In this document: piece by piece, positions 10,825 through 21,736 of the stretch
Numbering within the stretch: the first letter of the stretch is position 1
Layout: each line of letters begins with the position of its first letter
DNA from: an uncultured Pirellulales bacterium
GTDB lineage: Bacteria > Planctomycetota > Phycisphaerae > Sedimentisphaerales > Anaerobacaceae
Assembly (NCBI GenBank): GCA_964517795.1
Contig: CAZFDE010000005.1
Coordinates: 3,701-67,700 of the forward strand
Length of the DNA: 64,000 nt
Reading direction: 5' to 3'
Notes under the pieces: generated by a model
What the model was told of the DNA's origin: nothing
Seen by the model: only the letters and a program-made list of their open reading frames with translations
Database searches by the model: none
Program-made: the position numbers and the translations under genes

Positions 10825-11919
10825 ATGATCAAAATTATATGTGTATGTGGCGCACGCCCGAATTTTATGAAAATTGCACCTTTGATGCGGGCATTTAATG
10901 CGCACGGCGGTTTTGAAACGCTTCTTGTTCATACCGGCCAGCATTACGATGAAAACATGAGCCGGTTATTCTTTGACGAATTGGGCATTCCCAAGCCGGA
11001 CATTAACTTAGAGGTCGGTTCGGCCAGCCATGCGGTTCAGACTGCGGAGATCATGAAAAGTTTCGAGCCGGTTGTACAGCAGTTCAAACCGGATTATGTG
11101 CTTGTTGTCGGTGATGTCAACAGCACAATCGCCTGCGGTCTTGTGGCGGTAAAGCTGGGCGTTAAATTGATCCATGTGGAGGCGGGTTTACGCAGCTTTG
11201 ACCGGGCGATGCCGGAGGAAATCAATCGGATGCTCACCGATGCGATCAGTGATTTATTGTTTGTAACCGAACAATCCGGTGTGGATAATCTGAAAACCGA
11301 AGGCGTCAATAGTGACGCAATCCATTTTGTCGGCAATGTGATGATCGATACATTATTGGCAAACCGTGACAAAGCCGAGCAATCAGCCATTCTTGAACAG
11401 TTCAATTTGTCAGCGAAGGGATACGGCGTGATTACGCTTCACCGGCCAAGTAATGTGGATGATCCGACGAACTTCAACGAGATCATCACCGCCTTTGAAA
11501 AGATTCAGCAGGAGATCAAACTGGTTTTTCCGATTCACCCGCGAACGCGTCATAATCTTAAAGGAACCGATCTCGGCGGCCGGATGGAGAAGATGACGAA
11601 TATGCTGCTGATCGAGCCGGTGGGCTATCTTGATTTTCTGAAATTAATGTCCAATGCCGGGTTTGTTATGACCGATTCGGGGGGAATTCAGGAAGAGACG
11701 ACGATTCTCGGGGTCGCCTGTATGACGCTGCGTGAGAATACCGAGCGGCCGGTCACGTGCACGGAAGGGACCAACCGTCTGGTACATATCAGTACCGAAG
11801 ATATTCTTAAGCATTACGACCGGATTAAGGCAACGGGTTTTAATGTCACCGGCAATATCCCTTATCTCTGGGACGGCAAGGCCGCTGAACGCATTGCTGA
11901 AAAGATCGCCGGTGGATAG
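10825..11919 (+). CDS. wecB: UDP-N-acetylglucosamine 2-epimerase (non-hydrolysing)
   Basis: Motifs GARPNFMKIAPL, HTGQHYD, GDVNST, HVEAGLRSFD and DSGGIQEE. Confidence 0.9.
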   Translation: MIKIICVCGARPNFMKIAPLMRAFNAHGGFETLLVHTGQHYDENMSRLFFDELGIPKPDINLEVGSASHAVQTAEIMKSFEPVVQQFKPDYVLVVGDVNSTIACGLVAVKLGVKLIHVEAGLRSFDRAMPEEINRMLTDAISDLLFVTEQSGVDNLKTEGVNSDAIHFVGNVMIDTLLANRDKAEQSAILEQFNLSAKGYGVITLHRPSNVDDPTNFNEIITAFEKIQQEIKLVFPIHPRTRHNLKGTDLGGRMEKMTNMLLIEPVGYLDFLKLMSNAGFVMTDSGGIQEETTILGVACMTLRENTERPVTCTEGTNRLVHISTEDILKHYDRIKATGFNVTGNIPYLWDGKAAERIAEKIAGG

Positions 11920-11929
11920 GGTATAAAAT

Positions 11930-13525
11930 GTGAACATGAGGTTTTCCTTGCAGAACACATCTCCAACTGAGTCTTTGAGTGTAAATCCCCAAAACCCTGA
12001 ACGTCAGGTTCATAATATTCTGTTTGAAACAGACCATTTAAAAACCGGCTTACGTGAACGGTCGGCCAAAGGCGGATCAATCACACTGGTCGCCCAGGGG
12101 TTGAAATTTATACTTCAAATGACATCTAATGTTTTTCTGGCCAGGCTTTTGACACCTGAAGATTTCGGACTGGTTGCCATGGTTGCGGTCGTGACAGGAT
12201 TTGTTGTGATGTTCAAAGATATGGGCCTGTCGATGGCTACGGTCCAAAAGGAGCAGATCAATCACGGGCAGATCAGCACTTTATTTTGGATCAATGTTAC
12301 GTTCAGCTTATTCATGGCGGGGGTGTTGGTCCTGTGTTCTCCGCTGGTATCGAAGTTTTACGGGGAGCCGAGGCTCACGATGATTACGATCACGTTGGCG
12401 GGCGGGCTTATTTTCGGCGGTTTGTCCGTTCAGCACCAGGCCCTGCTGCGTCGGCAGATGAAATTCATTTCATTGGCAGCCGTTGAAGTAACCGGCATGT
12501 TCGTTGGGGTGGCGTTGGCGATTTTGTCGGCATGGCTGGGGGCAGGTTACTGGGCACTGGTGATCTTACAGTTAGGTATGGCCGTGTCGATGGCGGCAGG
12601 GTATTGGATTGCCTGCAGGTGGCTGCCGGGTTTGCCGGTCAAACGGTCGGGTGTCCGGGCGATGCTGAATTTCGGAGCCAACATGACGGGCTTTAGTTTT
12701 TCCAATTATTTTGCTCGGAATGCAGATAAAATGCTTCTGGGCTGGCGATGGGGTGCTGAATCAGTGGGCTATTATTCACGCGCATATGCGTTGTTATTAT
12801 TTCCGATCGGTCAGTTTACCGTTCCATTTACCAGTGTGGCTGTTCCCGCCATGAGCAGACTCCAAAACGAACCGCAGCGATATCGGAATTATTATTTAAG
12901 TGCCGTAATGTTCATTGCTTATATTTCAATGCCATTTGTTGCAATGCTGACAGGGCTGTCAACAGAAGTTGTTTCCATTGTACTGGGAAATCAATGGGGC
13001 ACCAGTGCCGTCCTTTTTAAGATTCTCGCATTTTCTGCATTTTGGCAACCCGTGGTTTCGACGGTAGGGTGGTTATTTGTTTCATCAGGTCAAACGCATC
13101 GGATGTTTTTCTGGTCTGTGGTCACCACTCCGATAAGAATTCTGTCGTTTCTTATCGCTTTGGCCTGGGGCAATATGGGCGTTGCTATTGCGTATAGTAT
13201 CGTAACGTGGTTATTTCTTTTTCCGACCTTTGCATTTGCAACCTATCGTTCTCCCATACGCGTGGCGGACCTTTGTAAAACGTTATATCGACCTGTGTGT
13301 ATGGGTGTTTTGATTGGATTAGCGGCAGGTGTTGTTCGGTATTTACTGATTGAGTATTTTATTATATGGCGAATTTTGGGGGCCTTAGGAATTGCCGGTA
13401 TTGTCTTTATCCTCCTGTTGGCACTGGATCGATCGATTCGCGGTGACATGAAACAAATCAGAGACACGGTGAAGCTTATTTTTAATAAAAAGCCCATCAA
13501 GAGCACGATTCCTACCCATGGATGA
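11930..13525 (+). CDS. wzx: Polysaccharide flippase (MOP/Wzx family)
   Basis: 531 aa, polytopic and hydrophobic throughout, with the typical N-terminal LARLLTPEDFGL motif. The start is either the GTG at 11930 or the ATG at 11936. Confidence 0.8.
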   Translation: MNMRFSLQNTSPTESLSVNPQNPERQVHNILFETDHLKTGLRERSAKGGSITLVAQGLKFILQMTSNVFLARLLTPEDFGLVAMVAVVTGFVVMFKDMGLSMATVQKEQINHGQISTLFWINVTFSLFMAGVLVLCSPLVSKFYGEPRLTMITITLAGGLIFGGLSVQHQALLRRQMKFISLAAVEVTGMFVGVALAILSAWLGAGYWALVILQLGMAVSMAAGYWIACRWLPGLPVKRSGVRAMLNFGANMTGFSFSNYFARNADKMLLGWRWGAESVGYYSRAYALLLFPIGQFTVPFTSVAVPAMSRLQNEPQRYRNYYLSAVMFIAYISMPFVAMLTGLSTEVVSIVLGNQWGTSAVLFKILAFSAFWQPVVSTVGWLFVSSGQTHRMFFWSVVTTPIRILSFLIALAWGNMGVAIAYSIVTWLFLFPTFAFATYRSPIRVADLCKTLYRPVCMGVLIGLAAGVVRYLLIEYFIIWRILGALGIAGIVFILLLALDRSIRGDMKQIRDTVKLIFNKKPIKSTIPTHG

Positions 13526-14891
13526 GAACGTTATTTCCGAAATCGTTGAACATGATCTATGTATCGGCTGCGGCATGTGCGCAGCAGTTTGTCCGACGCA
13601 AAATCTGGTCATCGATCAGGCAAAAACACGATATGCTCCTGAAGATACAGGTCAATGTCGTTCATCGTGTCGCCTTTGTCTGATGGTGTGCCCTTTTTTC
13701 GATAATAATTGTAATGAAGACGTGATCGGTGAATCTATTTTCGCGGATGTCGAAGGGATCCGGCACAATATTTATACCGGGTATGATTTGGGCAATTATG
13801 TCGGCCATGTTGCGGATTCGGATTGGCGTTGGCACAGTGCATCGGGCGGCGTTGCAAGCTGGTTTTTGAAGAGGCTTTTAAAGAAAGATCATGTTGATTA
13901 TGTTATCTGTTCGATGCCTCACCCTGATCCCAATCAATTATTTCGCTTTGAGATTCTCGATGATCCCGAAGATCTGTATCATGCGGCCGGATCTGCGTAT
14001 TATCCATTGGAGCTGTCACAGGTTCTTCAAACGATTCAACACACATCTGCGCGATATGCGGTGATCGGGCTGCCGTGTTTTATAAAAGGACTGCGCCTGG
14101 CGATGATGCATCATAAAAAGATACGAGAAAATATGGTTGTTTTGGCGGGACTGACTTGCGGACATCTGGTCAGTAAAGATATGGCCTCTTATCTGACAAG
14201 ATGCGTCGGCCTGGATTATACAGCCGTTCAAAAAGCAGCATTTCGGACGAAGCAAGACAAGCATTCTAACATTGGTTATTGTTTTTCGGCTGAAACCAAA
14301 GACAGCGATACAACCTGCATGGCTTATGTCGGTCGTTATTCGCAGGCAATGGCATTGAATATGTTCGGCTTAAATCCCTGTCGATATTGTGATGATGTTT
14401 TTGCGGAACTGGCCGATATTACGTTTATGGATGCCTGGCTGCCCGAATATTCAACAGAAGGGCGAGGAACCAGTATCGTTATTTGCCGTTCAAAGCGCTC
14501 GCAGTCCATTCTCCAAGAGGGCATATCCCAAAATCATTTGCATCTTGATCAGACAGACATTGAGACCGTCATTGCAAGCCAAAGAGATGTGATTACGAAT
14601 AAACGCAATAAGCTTCAGGAACGGCTTTATATCGCCGATGAACGGAATATCCCTCATCCCACTAAGCGTGTTCGTGCACGGAAACCCGGATGGGCGACAC
14701 GATGGGTCGATCAGACCAAAGAAAAGATAAGGCAGACGTCTCATAGCGCATTAGCGCAACAGAAACACAAAAACGCGACCGGGTTGGACGTGTTTGACAA
14801 GCAGATGAAGCCGTTGTTGAAAAGATGGGCATGGGTCCTTCGATTGGGGGCCCTGCGGAAATTTGCATCCCGACTTCGGGCCGTTAAATGA
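13518..14891 (+). CDS. Coenzyme F420 hydrogenase/dehydrogenase beta-subunit-like Fe-S protein (partner of pyruvyl transferases)
   Basis: Two ferredoxin-type cysteine motifs (CIGCGMCAAVCP and CRLCLMVCP) followed by an FrhB-like body. It overlaps wzx by 8 nt and the next gene by 4 nt. Confidence 0.7.
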   Translation: MDENVISEIVEHDLCIGCGMCAAVCPTQNLVIDQAKTRYAPEDTGQCRSSCRLCLMVCPFFDNNCNEDVIGESIFADVEGIRHNIYTGYDLGNYVGHVADSDWRWHSASGGVASWFLKRLLKKDHVDYVICSMPHPDPNQLFRFEILDDPEDLYHAAGSAYYPLELSQVLQTIQHTSARYAVIGLPCFIKGLRLAMMHHKKIRENMVVLAGLTCGHLVSKDMASYLTRCVGLDYTAVQKAAFRTKQDKHSNIGYCFSAETKDSDTTCMAYVGRYSQAMALNMFGLNPCRYCDDVFAELADITFMDAWLPEYSTEGRGTSIVICRSKRSQSILQEGISQNHLHLDQTDIETVIASQRDVITNKRNKLQERLYIADERNIPHPTKRVRARKPGWATRWVDQTKEKIRQTSHSALAQQKHKNATGLDVFDKQMKPLLKRWAWVLRLGALRKFASRLRAVK

Positions 14892-16033
14892 AAATCGGAA
14901 TTTTAACATTTCATTTTACCAATAATTATGGTGCCCTGCTCCAGGCTTATGGGTTGCAACATACCTTGTCTGGACTTGGGCATGATGTTGACATTGTCCG
15001 TTATTATCCGGTTTTTGCGGCACCTCGGCCTCGCAACGCAACGTCTTACGCCCCAAAGGGTGATTCGTCTGAAGCGTTACCGCAATCAAAAAAAACATCA
15101 CTGAAATCGCGCAAAAACCGATTCGGGCGAATGGCAGCTCGTTTACAGGGATTGCCGAAAAAGATCGTTTTTTTACGATTCAAGAAAAAGTTTTTGAATT
15201 TGACAAAAAAATACCTTACTCCGGAGGCGTTCTTTAGAGATATTGATCGATACGATATTCTGATTACCGGAAGTGACCAGGTATGGAATGTCGGGGGTAT
15301 CTTTAAACAATACGATCCGGTATATTTTCTGGATTATCCCGGTCAAACCGGTCCCCGGCGGGTCAGTTATGCCGCGTGTTTTGGAACCAGGGATCAGCCC
15401 GGTCAATATATATCACTTATGCGTAACGCATTATTGAAATTTGACTACCTTTCCGTTCGTAATGTGTTCAGTCGGGAACTGGTCAAAGAAATAAGCGGTC
15501 TGGACGCTCACATGGTTGTGGATCCAACATTTCTTGCATCCTTTGAAGACGTGATGTCGAAAAAAAGATATCCTGGAAATTATATTTTAGTTTACCCGCT
15601 ACTCTATCAGCTCAATGCTCAATTATTATCCATTGCGGAACAGATCAAGAAATTATATTCCATGCCGATTGTTGCCATCGGCTCTCCGGAGATTTTTGCG
15701 GGTGCGGATGTGTATCACAAAAATGTCGGCCCGGCCGAATTTTTGGCTTTATTCAGAGATGCATCTTATATCTGTACGACCTCATTTCATGGGACTGTTT
15801 TTGCGATAAAGCATCGTAAGCCTTTTTCCACGGCCATCGAAGGCTGGAAATCGGAACGGATGAGAGATTTTTTAAGACATTATCAATTGGATCAAAGACT
15901 TCTCACTCCGTCAGACAGTGAAATGCGCCCCAAATCCGTTGATTTGACGATCAATTATGATCAGGTATGGTCAAAGATTAACGAAGACATTCGTTTTTCG
16001 ATCGAATATATTCAAACTGCATTACGTTCTTGA
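14888..16033 (+). CDS. Polysaccharide pyruvyl transferase
   Basis: N-terminal ILTFHFTNNYGALLQAYGL motif and a C-terminal SFHGTVFAI-type motif. Pairing with the FrhB-like gene is classic for this family. Confidence 0.75.
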   Translation: MKIGILTFHFTNNYGALLQAYGLQHTLSGLGHDVDIVRYYPVFAAPRPRNATSYAPKGDSSEALPQSKKTSLKSRKNRFGRMAARLQGLPKKIVFLRFKKKFLNLTKKYLTPEAFFRDIDRYDILITGSDQVWNVGGIFKQYDPVYFLDYPGQTGPRRVSYAACFGTRDQPGQYISLMRNALLKFDYLSVRNVFSRELVKEISGLDAHMVVDPTFLASFEDVMSKKRYPGNYILVYPLLYQLNAQLLSIAEQIKKLYSMPIVAIGSPEIFAGADVYHKNVGPAEFLALFRDASYICTTSFHGTVFAIKHRKPFSTAIEGWKSERMRDFLRHYQLDQRLLTPSDSEMRPKSVDLTINYDQVWSKINEDIRFSIEYIQTALRS

Positions 16034-17234
16034 GTACTTATGTTATAAGGAGTGGTTTCAAATACGTGTATTTATTATTCCATCCTGGCACCCGACACCG
16101 GATCGGCCGCACTGGTGCCGGTGGATTGTTCCGCATATCAACGCCATTAAAGCCAGTGGTGCGGATCCGTACATTTTGCAGGTCGATCTTGAGGCCGATT
16201 CTCCAAGAACCGATCAAGCTCACATGCAGTTTTTTACCGAAAACCATTTATATGGTCCACTGCCCATCAAACGAGGCCGATATCACCGGACGCGGTTTTT
16301 TTATGGAAAGATACTTCAACAATATACCAAAGAACTAAAACAGGCCTATGAAATCGCCGAAAAACGATGGGGCAGGCCGGATATGCTTCACGCGCATGTG
16401 TCGCTTCCGGCCGGCTATGGGGCATCGCAATTAGCAATCGAAAAAGGAGTACCTGTGATTGTAACCGAACATTACACCGGTTTTGAGAGTGATGCGCGGT
16501 TCTGGTGGCGCGTGGGCTGTTATATTAAAGAAATGGGATGTCGCATTCAGGGTTTTTATGCGGTCAGCCCGGGTTATGCCGAACGTATCAGGCGTACCGG
16601 GCTGGTCAACGTGAGCGGTGTTTTACCGAATCCGATCGATACCGAGATATTCAGACCGTCAGGAAAGGACAAAACGCCGACCGGGTCCTTTCAGATGATC
16701 ACAGCGGGGGGGTTGAGTTTCCGAAAGGGGATAGATGTCCTGTTCAATGCATTGAAAGGTTTGTCCCTGCAGCGGGCTTGGCAACTGACTGTTTTTGGTA
16801 ACACCCAAAATCGGAAGGGATTTGAAAAATGGCTCGATGATCCGCAACTCAAAGACCGCATCCGCTTGGAAGGAAAAGTACCGCAAAAACGCATAATCGA
16901 GGCCTATTCAACAGCCGATCTGTATATTGTTTCGAGCAGGGTTGAGACGGCCAATGTGGCCATGCTGGAGGCCCTTTCGTGCGGGGTGCCGGTCCTGACG
17001 ACGCGATGCGGTGCGCCCGAAACACTGATCGATGATTCGGTCGGCATGGCCGTGGAATCGGAAAATCCGGCACAAATGGCCGATGCCATTGAAACGATCG
17101 CTCGCGGCGGTCAAAAATTTGATCGGCAGCACCTTCGGCAGTTTGTTCTGGCGCGATATTCGATTCCGGCGGTGGGGCAAAAAATCGCATCTGCATATAC
17201 TGATGCGATGAATCGAAAACCCCTCCGGTCTTAA
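15957..17234 (+). CDS. Glycosyltransferase family 4 (true start probably near 16060)
   Basis: GT-B C-terminal motif ETANVAMLEALSCGVPVLTTRCGAPE. The conserved body begins at RVFIIPSW after an AAGGAG at 16047-16052. The ORF-track 5' end overlaps the preceding gene by 77 nt, so the start is uncertain. Confidence 0.75.
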   Translation: MIRYGQRLTKTFVFRSNIFKLHYVLEYLCYKEWFQIRVFIIPSWHPTPDRPHWCRWIVPHINAIKASGADPYILQVDLEADSPRTDQAHMQFFTENHLYGPLPIKRGRYHRTRFFYGKILQQYTKELKQAYEIAEKRWGRPDMLHAHVSLPAGYGASQLAIEKGVPVIVTEHYTGFESDARFWWRVGCYIKEMGCRIQGFYAVSPGYAERIRRTGLVNVSGVLPNPIDTEIFRPSGKDKTPTGSFQMITAGGLSFRKGIDVLFNALKGLSLQRAWQLTVFGNTQNRKGFEKWLDDPQLKDRIRLEGKVPQKRIIEAYSTADLYIVSSRVETANVAMLEALSCGVPVLTTRCGAPETLIDDSVGMAVESENPAQMADAIETIARGGQKFDRQHLRQFVLARYSIPAVGQKIASAYTDAMNRKPLRS

Positions 17235-17266
17235 CGTTTACCTTTTTATGATCGAAATGCAGAAAC

Positions 17267-18733
17267 ATGATGCAAGACTATAATCCGCAAATGCTGAACG
17301 ATGCATACGCGTATCCGGTAAACGAATACCCCGATACCGATTCGCGTCTTTCGTATATCAGTCAAATGCAGTTTTTCTGGCTTTGCGGTCTTCTTCTTAG
17401 CTTTTGCTATGAGCGACCGCTGGTACAGATTACCGCGATGGACCGATTGAATCCGCGTTTGTTTGATATCGTATTTTTTGTCGGCCTGTTTTTTATTCTG
17501 CCGAATTTAAAAGAACGGTACCCATTACCCAGGCCCATGAAAATATGGATCGGGATCGTCGTTGTTTTCGGGGTGTGTGCAGTCTTCTGGTTCCCGTGGT
17601 TTCCGTTTTATTACAGCAAGTACACCGCCTTTTTCTTCTTGAAGTATTTACAGGGACTGATTGCGATCTATATTGCCCTGCAAATGCCGATCACCGAACG
17701 GCAGAAACGGATTTTGCATTATATGGTTGTGATCGGAGGAATTGTTGTTGCGACCTATGCCATCCCGGAGTATTTGCGCGGGGGCAGCCGGTTAACATTT
17801 GCCAAAGGTGAAAAAGAACTGGAATTTACACAGGGTTCCTTTTTCAGTTGTCTGGGCCTGAATTATTTTCATGTCGCCGCATTCAGCGCGCTGTCATCGA
17901 CCATGACTCTGGCATTGATCAATCATGCCAAGAATCCGACCAAAGCGTTTTACTGGTTTCTGTTGGCGGCCTATGTCGCATGGCCCGCTTTCTTCAGCGG
18001 CGCCAGAGCGGGAATATTTTTGACGGTTTTCGGCTGGGGGATTGTGTTTTTGTTTTCAAGAGCGACATCCAAAGGCATGCTCTTAATGGCGGGGATTGTG
18101 TCCTTTGGTTTGGTTGCTTTGGCGGCGCCGCGGTTTTTATCACTGGATTATCTTTCGCAAAAATCGGTTGCGATAAAGCGATTGGTCACCATTGAACAGC
18201 AAGAAGGGGCGGGATTAGGGACCATCAGCGAACGTCTGGAGGTTATGCGGCTCAGGCACTGGATGCTGTATAAATGGCAGGGGATACGCTTGCCGATCTT
18301 TGGAGGTGGATTTTATGTGGCCCCGCATACCTATGAAGACGGTCAGCGAAAATACCGGGTCGGATATGGTGTCCATAACAGTTATCTGTTCGCATTTGAA
18401 CAAGGCGGGTTGGCCGCCATGATCCTGTTTATCGCATTTCTTGTTGTGACCTGGCGACATTTGTGGTTCATGCGTAAACATGCGGCCACTGATCCGGATA
18501 AGGATTTTGCGCTGGGGATGCTGGCCTATTTTACCGCGAGTTTACCGGTAATGATGGGCGGGCAGATCTTCTGGCATGGGTTTGGAAAAGTCAATTTTAA
18601 TTCCTATCTGATCCTGCTTTTGGTCCTTGGTTGTTCGGCATCCTATACGTTCAGTAATCAATGGTATGGCGGCTATGAAAATGATCAGCAGGACTATTTA
18701 CCGGATGACCCGATGTATCCGCAATACGATTAA
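17267..18733 (+). CDS. O-antigen polymerase/ligase-family membrane protein (Wzy-like)
   Basis: 488 aa with many TM helices and the Wzy_C-type motif HNSYLFAFEQGGLAAMILF. Confidence 0.7.
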   Translation: MMQDYNPQMLNDAYAYPVNEYPDTDSRLSYISQMQFFWLCGLLLSFCYERPLVQITAMDRLNPRLFDIVFFVGLFFILPNLKERYPLPRPMKIWIGIVVVFGVCAVFWFPWFPFYYSKYTAFFFLKYLQGLIAIYIALQMPITERQKRILHYMVVIGGIVVATYAIPEYLRGGSRLTFAKGEKELEFTQGSFFSCLGLNYFHVAAFSALSSTMTLALINHAKNPTKAFYWFLLAAYVAWPAFFSGARAGIFLTVFGWGIVFLFSRATSKGMLLMAGIVSFGLVALAAPRFLSLDYLSQKSVAIKRLVTIEQQEGAGLGTISERLEVMRLRHWMLYKWQGIRLPIFGGGFYVAPHTYEDGQRKYRVGYGVHNSYLFAFEQGGLAAMILFIAFLVVTWRHLWFMRKHAATDPDKDFALGMLAYFTASLPVMMGGQIFWHGFGKVNFNSYLILLLVLGCSASYTFSNQWYGGYENDQQDYLPDDPMYPQYD

Positions 18734-18748
18734 GGTGATTTTTTAAAG

Positions 18749-19969
18749 ATGCAGACCGGTCAAGCCACCATTTTACTGATCAACGATCATATTCATTTCG
18801 GCGGGGGCGGTGATGCAACCTTTCGGCGTGAGCGCGACATACTGACTGAAGCGGGTTTTGACGTACACACATTCTCGCATGCTCTGAAACACCCTGAAGA
18901 TGCCGGGGTCAATGATCATATTCATGTCGAGAGTAAATCCAATCTAATTCGAAAAATGGGGAAATATCTGTTTAACTTTTCCTTGTATTTGAAGTTACGG
19001 AAGCTGTTAAAAAAGCTTTCTCCCGACGTGATCCATTTACATCTGCCGTCACGGTATCCATCGACGATCTATGCGGCCCTGGGAGGCTATCGGGTCTATC
19101 ATACATTGCATGGGCCGAGTCTGTTTTGTGCGACGTCGTGGGGGTGTTTGAAGAAGGACAGCAGTTATTGCGAACTGGGGACCGGATTGAAATGTTTTGT
19201 CCGGGGGTGTGTACCATTATGGCAATTACCGCTGGTTTGCTGGAATTACGGGTTGTGCCGATATTTTGCGCGCCGCTCGATTGCGCTGTATCTGGGTCCA
19301 AGCCGGCAAATCTGTCGGGCCGCCGAACGAGTAGGTTTTAAGCCTGCACGCTATTTTCCGCTTTGTGTGGATCCTCATTTTTCAGGGGAACCGGCAGATG
19401 TTGAAAAAAATGAACCTGCGATCATTTATGTCGGGGCAATCGCAGAGGTCAAAGGTGTCCATATTCTGTTGGATGCATTCAGAATTATTCATGCAACAAT
19501 GCCGGAGGCGAAACTGGTCTATGCCGGACGCGGGGATATGCTGGAATGGCTGAAAAAGCGGACCGGTGAATATGGGCTGGCGGATCATGTGGAATTTCTC
19601 GGATTCGTCGATCATGATCAGATTCCTGATGTTTATCGTCGAGGACGGGTATTTGTATTGCCGAGTATCTGGGCCGAGCAGTTCGGCCTGGTTGGTCCGG
19701 AGGCTTTCGTCTGCGGCCTGCCGTGTGTGGCTACCGATATTGGCGGTATTGGTGAATGGCTCGATCATAACCAATCCGGTTACCTTGTGGCGCCGCGCGA
19801 TACACAGGCATTGGCAGAAAAGCTTATGGATTTGCTGGAGCATCCGCGAAAAGGTAAACGCTTTGCACAATACGGCAGCGACTGTATGGCGACCCGATTC
19901 AGCCCGGAACAGTTTTCTAAAAACATCCTTGAATTGTTCCATTCTAAAAATGAGATACATAAGGATTGA
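18749..19969 (+). CDS. Glycosyltransferase family 4
   Basis: GT-B motif EQFGLVGPEAFVCGLPCVATDIGGIGEW. Confidence 0.85.
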   Translation: MQTGQATILLINDHIHFGGGGDATFRRERDILTEAGFDVHTFSHALKHPEDAGVNDHIHVESKSNLIRKMGKYLFNFSLYLKLRKLLKKLSPDVIHLHLPSRYPSTIYAALGGYRVYHTLHGPSLFCATSWGCLKKDSSYCELGTGLKCFVRGCVPLWQLPLVCWNYGLCRYFARRSIALYLGPSRQICRAAERVGFKPARYFPLCVDPHFSGEPADVEKNEPAIIYVGAIAEVKGVHILLDAFRIIHATMPEAKLVYAGRGDMLEWLKKRTGEYGLADHVEFLGFVDHDQIPDVYRRGRVFVLPSIWAEQFGLVGPEAFVCGLPCVATDIGGIGEWLDHNQSGYLVAPRDTQALAEKLMDLLEHPRKGKRFAQYGSDCMATRFSPEQFSKNILELFHSKNEIHKD

Positions 19970-19973
19970 GTCC

Positions 19974-20471
19974 ATGTTCAAAAAGATTCTTTTAACATCC
20001 GCACGATTGGCAAACGGTTTTCGACGCAGAATACGGAATGCTTACTATCGATTGCTTTTTCAGAAAATGGGAAAAAACTGCCAGATCTGTGACGATGTAT
20101 TTATTACAAATCCGCAGTGTATTTCATTTGGCGAACAGGTGATTGTCAATAATCGGGTTGTTTTGCAGGCGTGCCCGGATGCCCCGATTACCGTCGGTAA
20201 TCATGTAAATATTGCTTATGAAGCGATGATTTTAACAGCGGGTTTAGAGATAAATGATTTTATCGATCACAACACCCATCTGTATAAACCTGTTGAAATC
20301 GGGGATTATGCCTGGATTGGTGCCAGAGCAGTTGTTCTTCCGGGCGTAACAATAAGAACAGGTGCAGTAGTTGCGGCAGGTGCGGTTGTGACCAAAGATG
20401 TTGAGTCTAATACAATTGTCGCGGGTGTTCCGGCTAACGTAATACGTTATTTGAATCACACCGATAAGTGA
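19974..20471 (+). CDS. Hexapeptide-repeat (LbH) O-acetyltransferase
   Basis: Left-handed beta-helix repeats IGDYAWIGARAVVLPGVTIRTGAVVAAGAVVTKDV. The ATG at 19974 lies 2 nt after the upstream stop, so the longer ORF-track 5' extension (from 19566) is just overlap with the previous gene. Confidence 0.85.
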   Translation: MFKKILLTSARLANGFRRRIRNAYYRLLFQKMGKNCQICDDVFITNPQCISFGEQVIVNNRVVLQACPDAPITVGNHVNIAYEAMILTAGLEINDFIDHNTHLYKPVEIGDYAWIGARAVVLPGVTIRTGAVVAAGAVVTKDVESNTIVAGVPANVIRYLNHTDK

Positions 20472-20483
20472 AAAGCTAAGGCG

Positions 20484-21701
20484 ATGCCTGAAAAGATATT
20501 TTATATATGCAGCGGCAGAAGTTTCCGCTCGGGTCATTTAAAGCCTAAAATAAAGGGGGTCGTTGATTCCTGGCAAAATCAGGGCATCTGTGTCCTACAT
20601 CTTTGTGCCGGAGATGTACTCGATGGGAAAAACGCGGTTTCTCGAACGAATGTTCACTCGGCCGCCCCCAAAGATTTTCATGACAAGTGGTATCGGCGCA
20701 ATCGGTTGATGCGTGTCATTACGCATTCGTTTTCTGAAATTCGCGATATCCGTTGTGATCAGCTTATGCGGCCGCACATTGAAAAATTGATCCATGAAAA
20801 CAGGCCCTATTTGATTTGGGAGCGCTCGAGCCGTTTAGCCGCATCCGGCCTGCAGGCGGCCCAAAAATACAATATTCCTTATGTGTTGGAATGGAAAGAT
20901 CATTTAGTACCCTATCAATTTTCGCTTTATCATTCCAGAGCGGTCAATCTAGAAAAAAGGAAAAACAGGGAAGCCGATTTTATAGTCGTTGAATCCGAAA
21001 AGCTTCTCCGTGATCTTGCTGCAGAAGGAGTCGATGAAAGCAAAATTTTTGTTGCCCATAACGCGGTCGATCCCGACCAATTTATGCGCGATGATCATTT
21101 ACGCAAAGCAATGCGGGATAAATACGACATTGCCGATAACACACTTTTTGCGGGTTATTTGGGCAGCTATGCCTTTTACCATGATACGATACGACTGCCA
21201 AAGGCGGTTTTGGAACTTAAAAAACGCGGCGTCCAGAATATAAAAATATTGATGGTCGGTTCGGGTAAAGAGTATTCACAGACCCGCCGGTACGCGCAGG
21301 ATAATAGGTTAGATTCGCATATCCTTTTTTTGCCCTGGGTTCCGAAAGAAGAGGTGCCCGGGATTCTGTCTGCGTTGGATGTCGGCATCTTACCCGGTTG
21401 TACCGATATCATTTGTCCGATCAAGATACAGGAATATATGGCCATGGAACTTGCGACCATTGCCCCGGATTATGCATGTAATCATGAGGTTATTCGTCAG
21501 GAACAGGATGGCCTTTTATTCGAACCGTTTAATGAAAAATCGCTCGCCGATGCCCTTGAAAAGCTGGCCGCAGCACCGCCATTAAGGGAAAAAATCGGCC
21601 AAAATGCTCGCCAGCGGGTAATCGATCATTTTACGTGGGAGAAGACATGGGGGCGGGTACTTCAGGAAATCATGGATGAGATCGCAACTAAAAAGGATTA
21701 A
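20484..21701 (+). CDS. Glycosyltransferase (GT4-like, GT-B fold)
   Basis: 405 aa with a C-terminal GT-B region (FAGYLGSYAFYH ... KIQEYMAMELATIAP) and its position in the cluster. Confidence 0.7.
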   Translation: MPEKIFYICSGRSFRSGHLKPKIKGVVDSWQNQGICVLHLCAGDVLDGKNAVSRTNVHSAAPKDFHDKWYRRNRLMRVITHSFSEIRDIRCDQLMRPHIEKLIHENRPYLIWERSSRLAASGLQAAQKYNIPYVLEWKDHLVPYQFSLYHSRAVNLEKRKNREADFIVVESEKLLRDLAAEGVDESKIFVAHNAVDPDQFMRDDHLRKAMRDKYDIADNTLFAGYLGSYAFYHDTIRLPKAVLELKKRGVQNIKILMVGSGKEYSQTRRYAQDNRLDSHILFLPWVPKEEVPGILSALDVGILPGCTDIICPIKIQEYMAMELATIAPDYACNHEVIRQEQDGLLFEPFNEKSLADALEKLAAAPPLREKIGQNARQRVIDHFTWEKTWGRVLQEIMDEIATKKD

Positions 21702-21736
21702 TAACGTTTGAAAAAATGTCCATGAACAAAGGGTAG

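Noticed and set aside
19566-19973. The 5' extension of the acetyltransferase ORF, which would overlap the GT4 gene by about 400 nt.
   Set aside because: The extension has no hexapeptide repeats and lies fully inside a well-supported gene in another frame. An ATG at 19974, right after the upstream stop, gives a normal-size LbH acetyltransferase.
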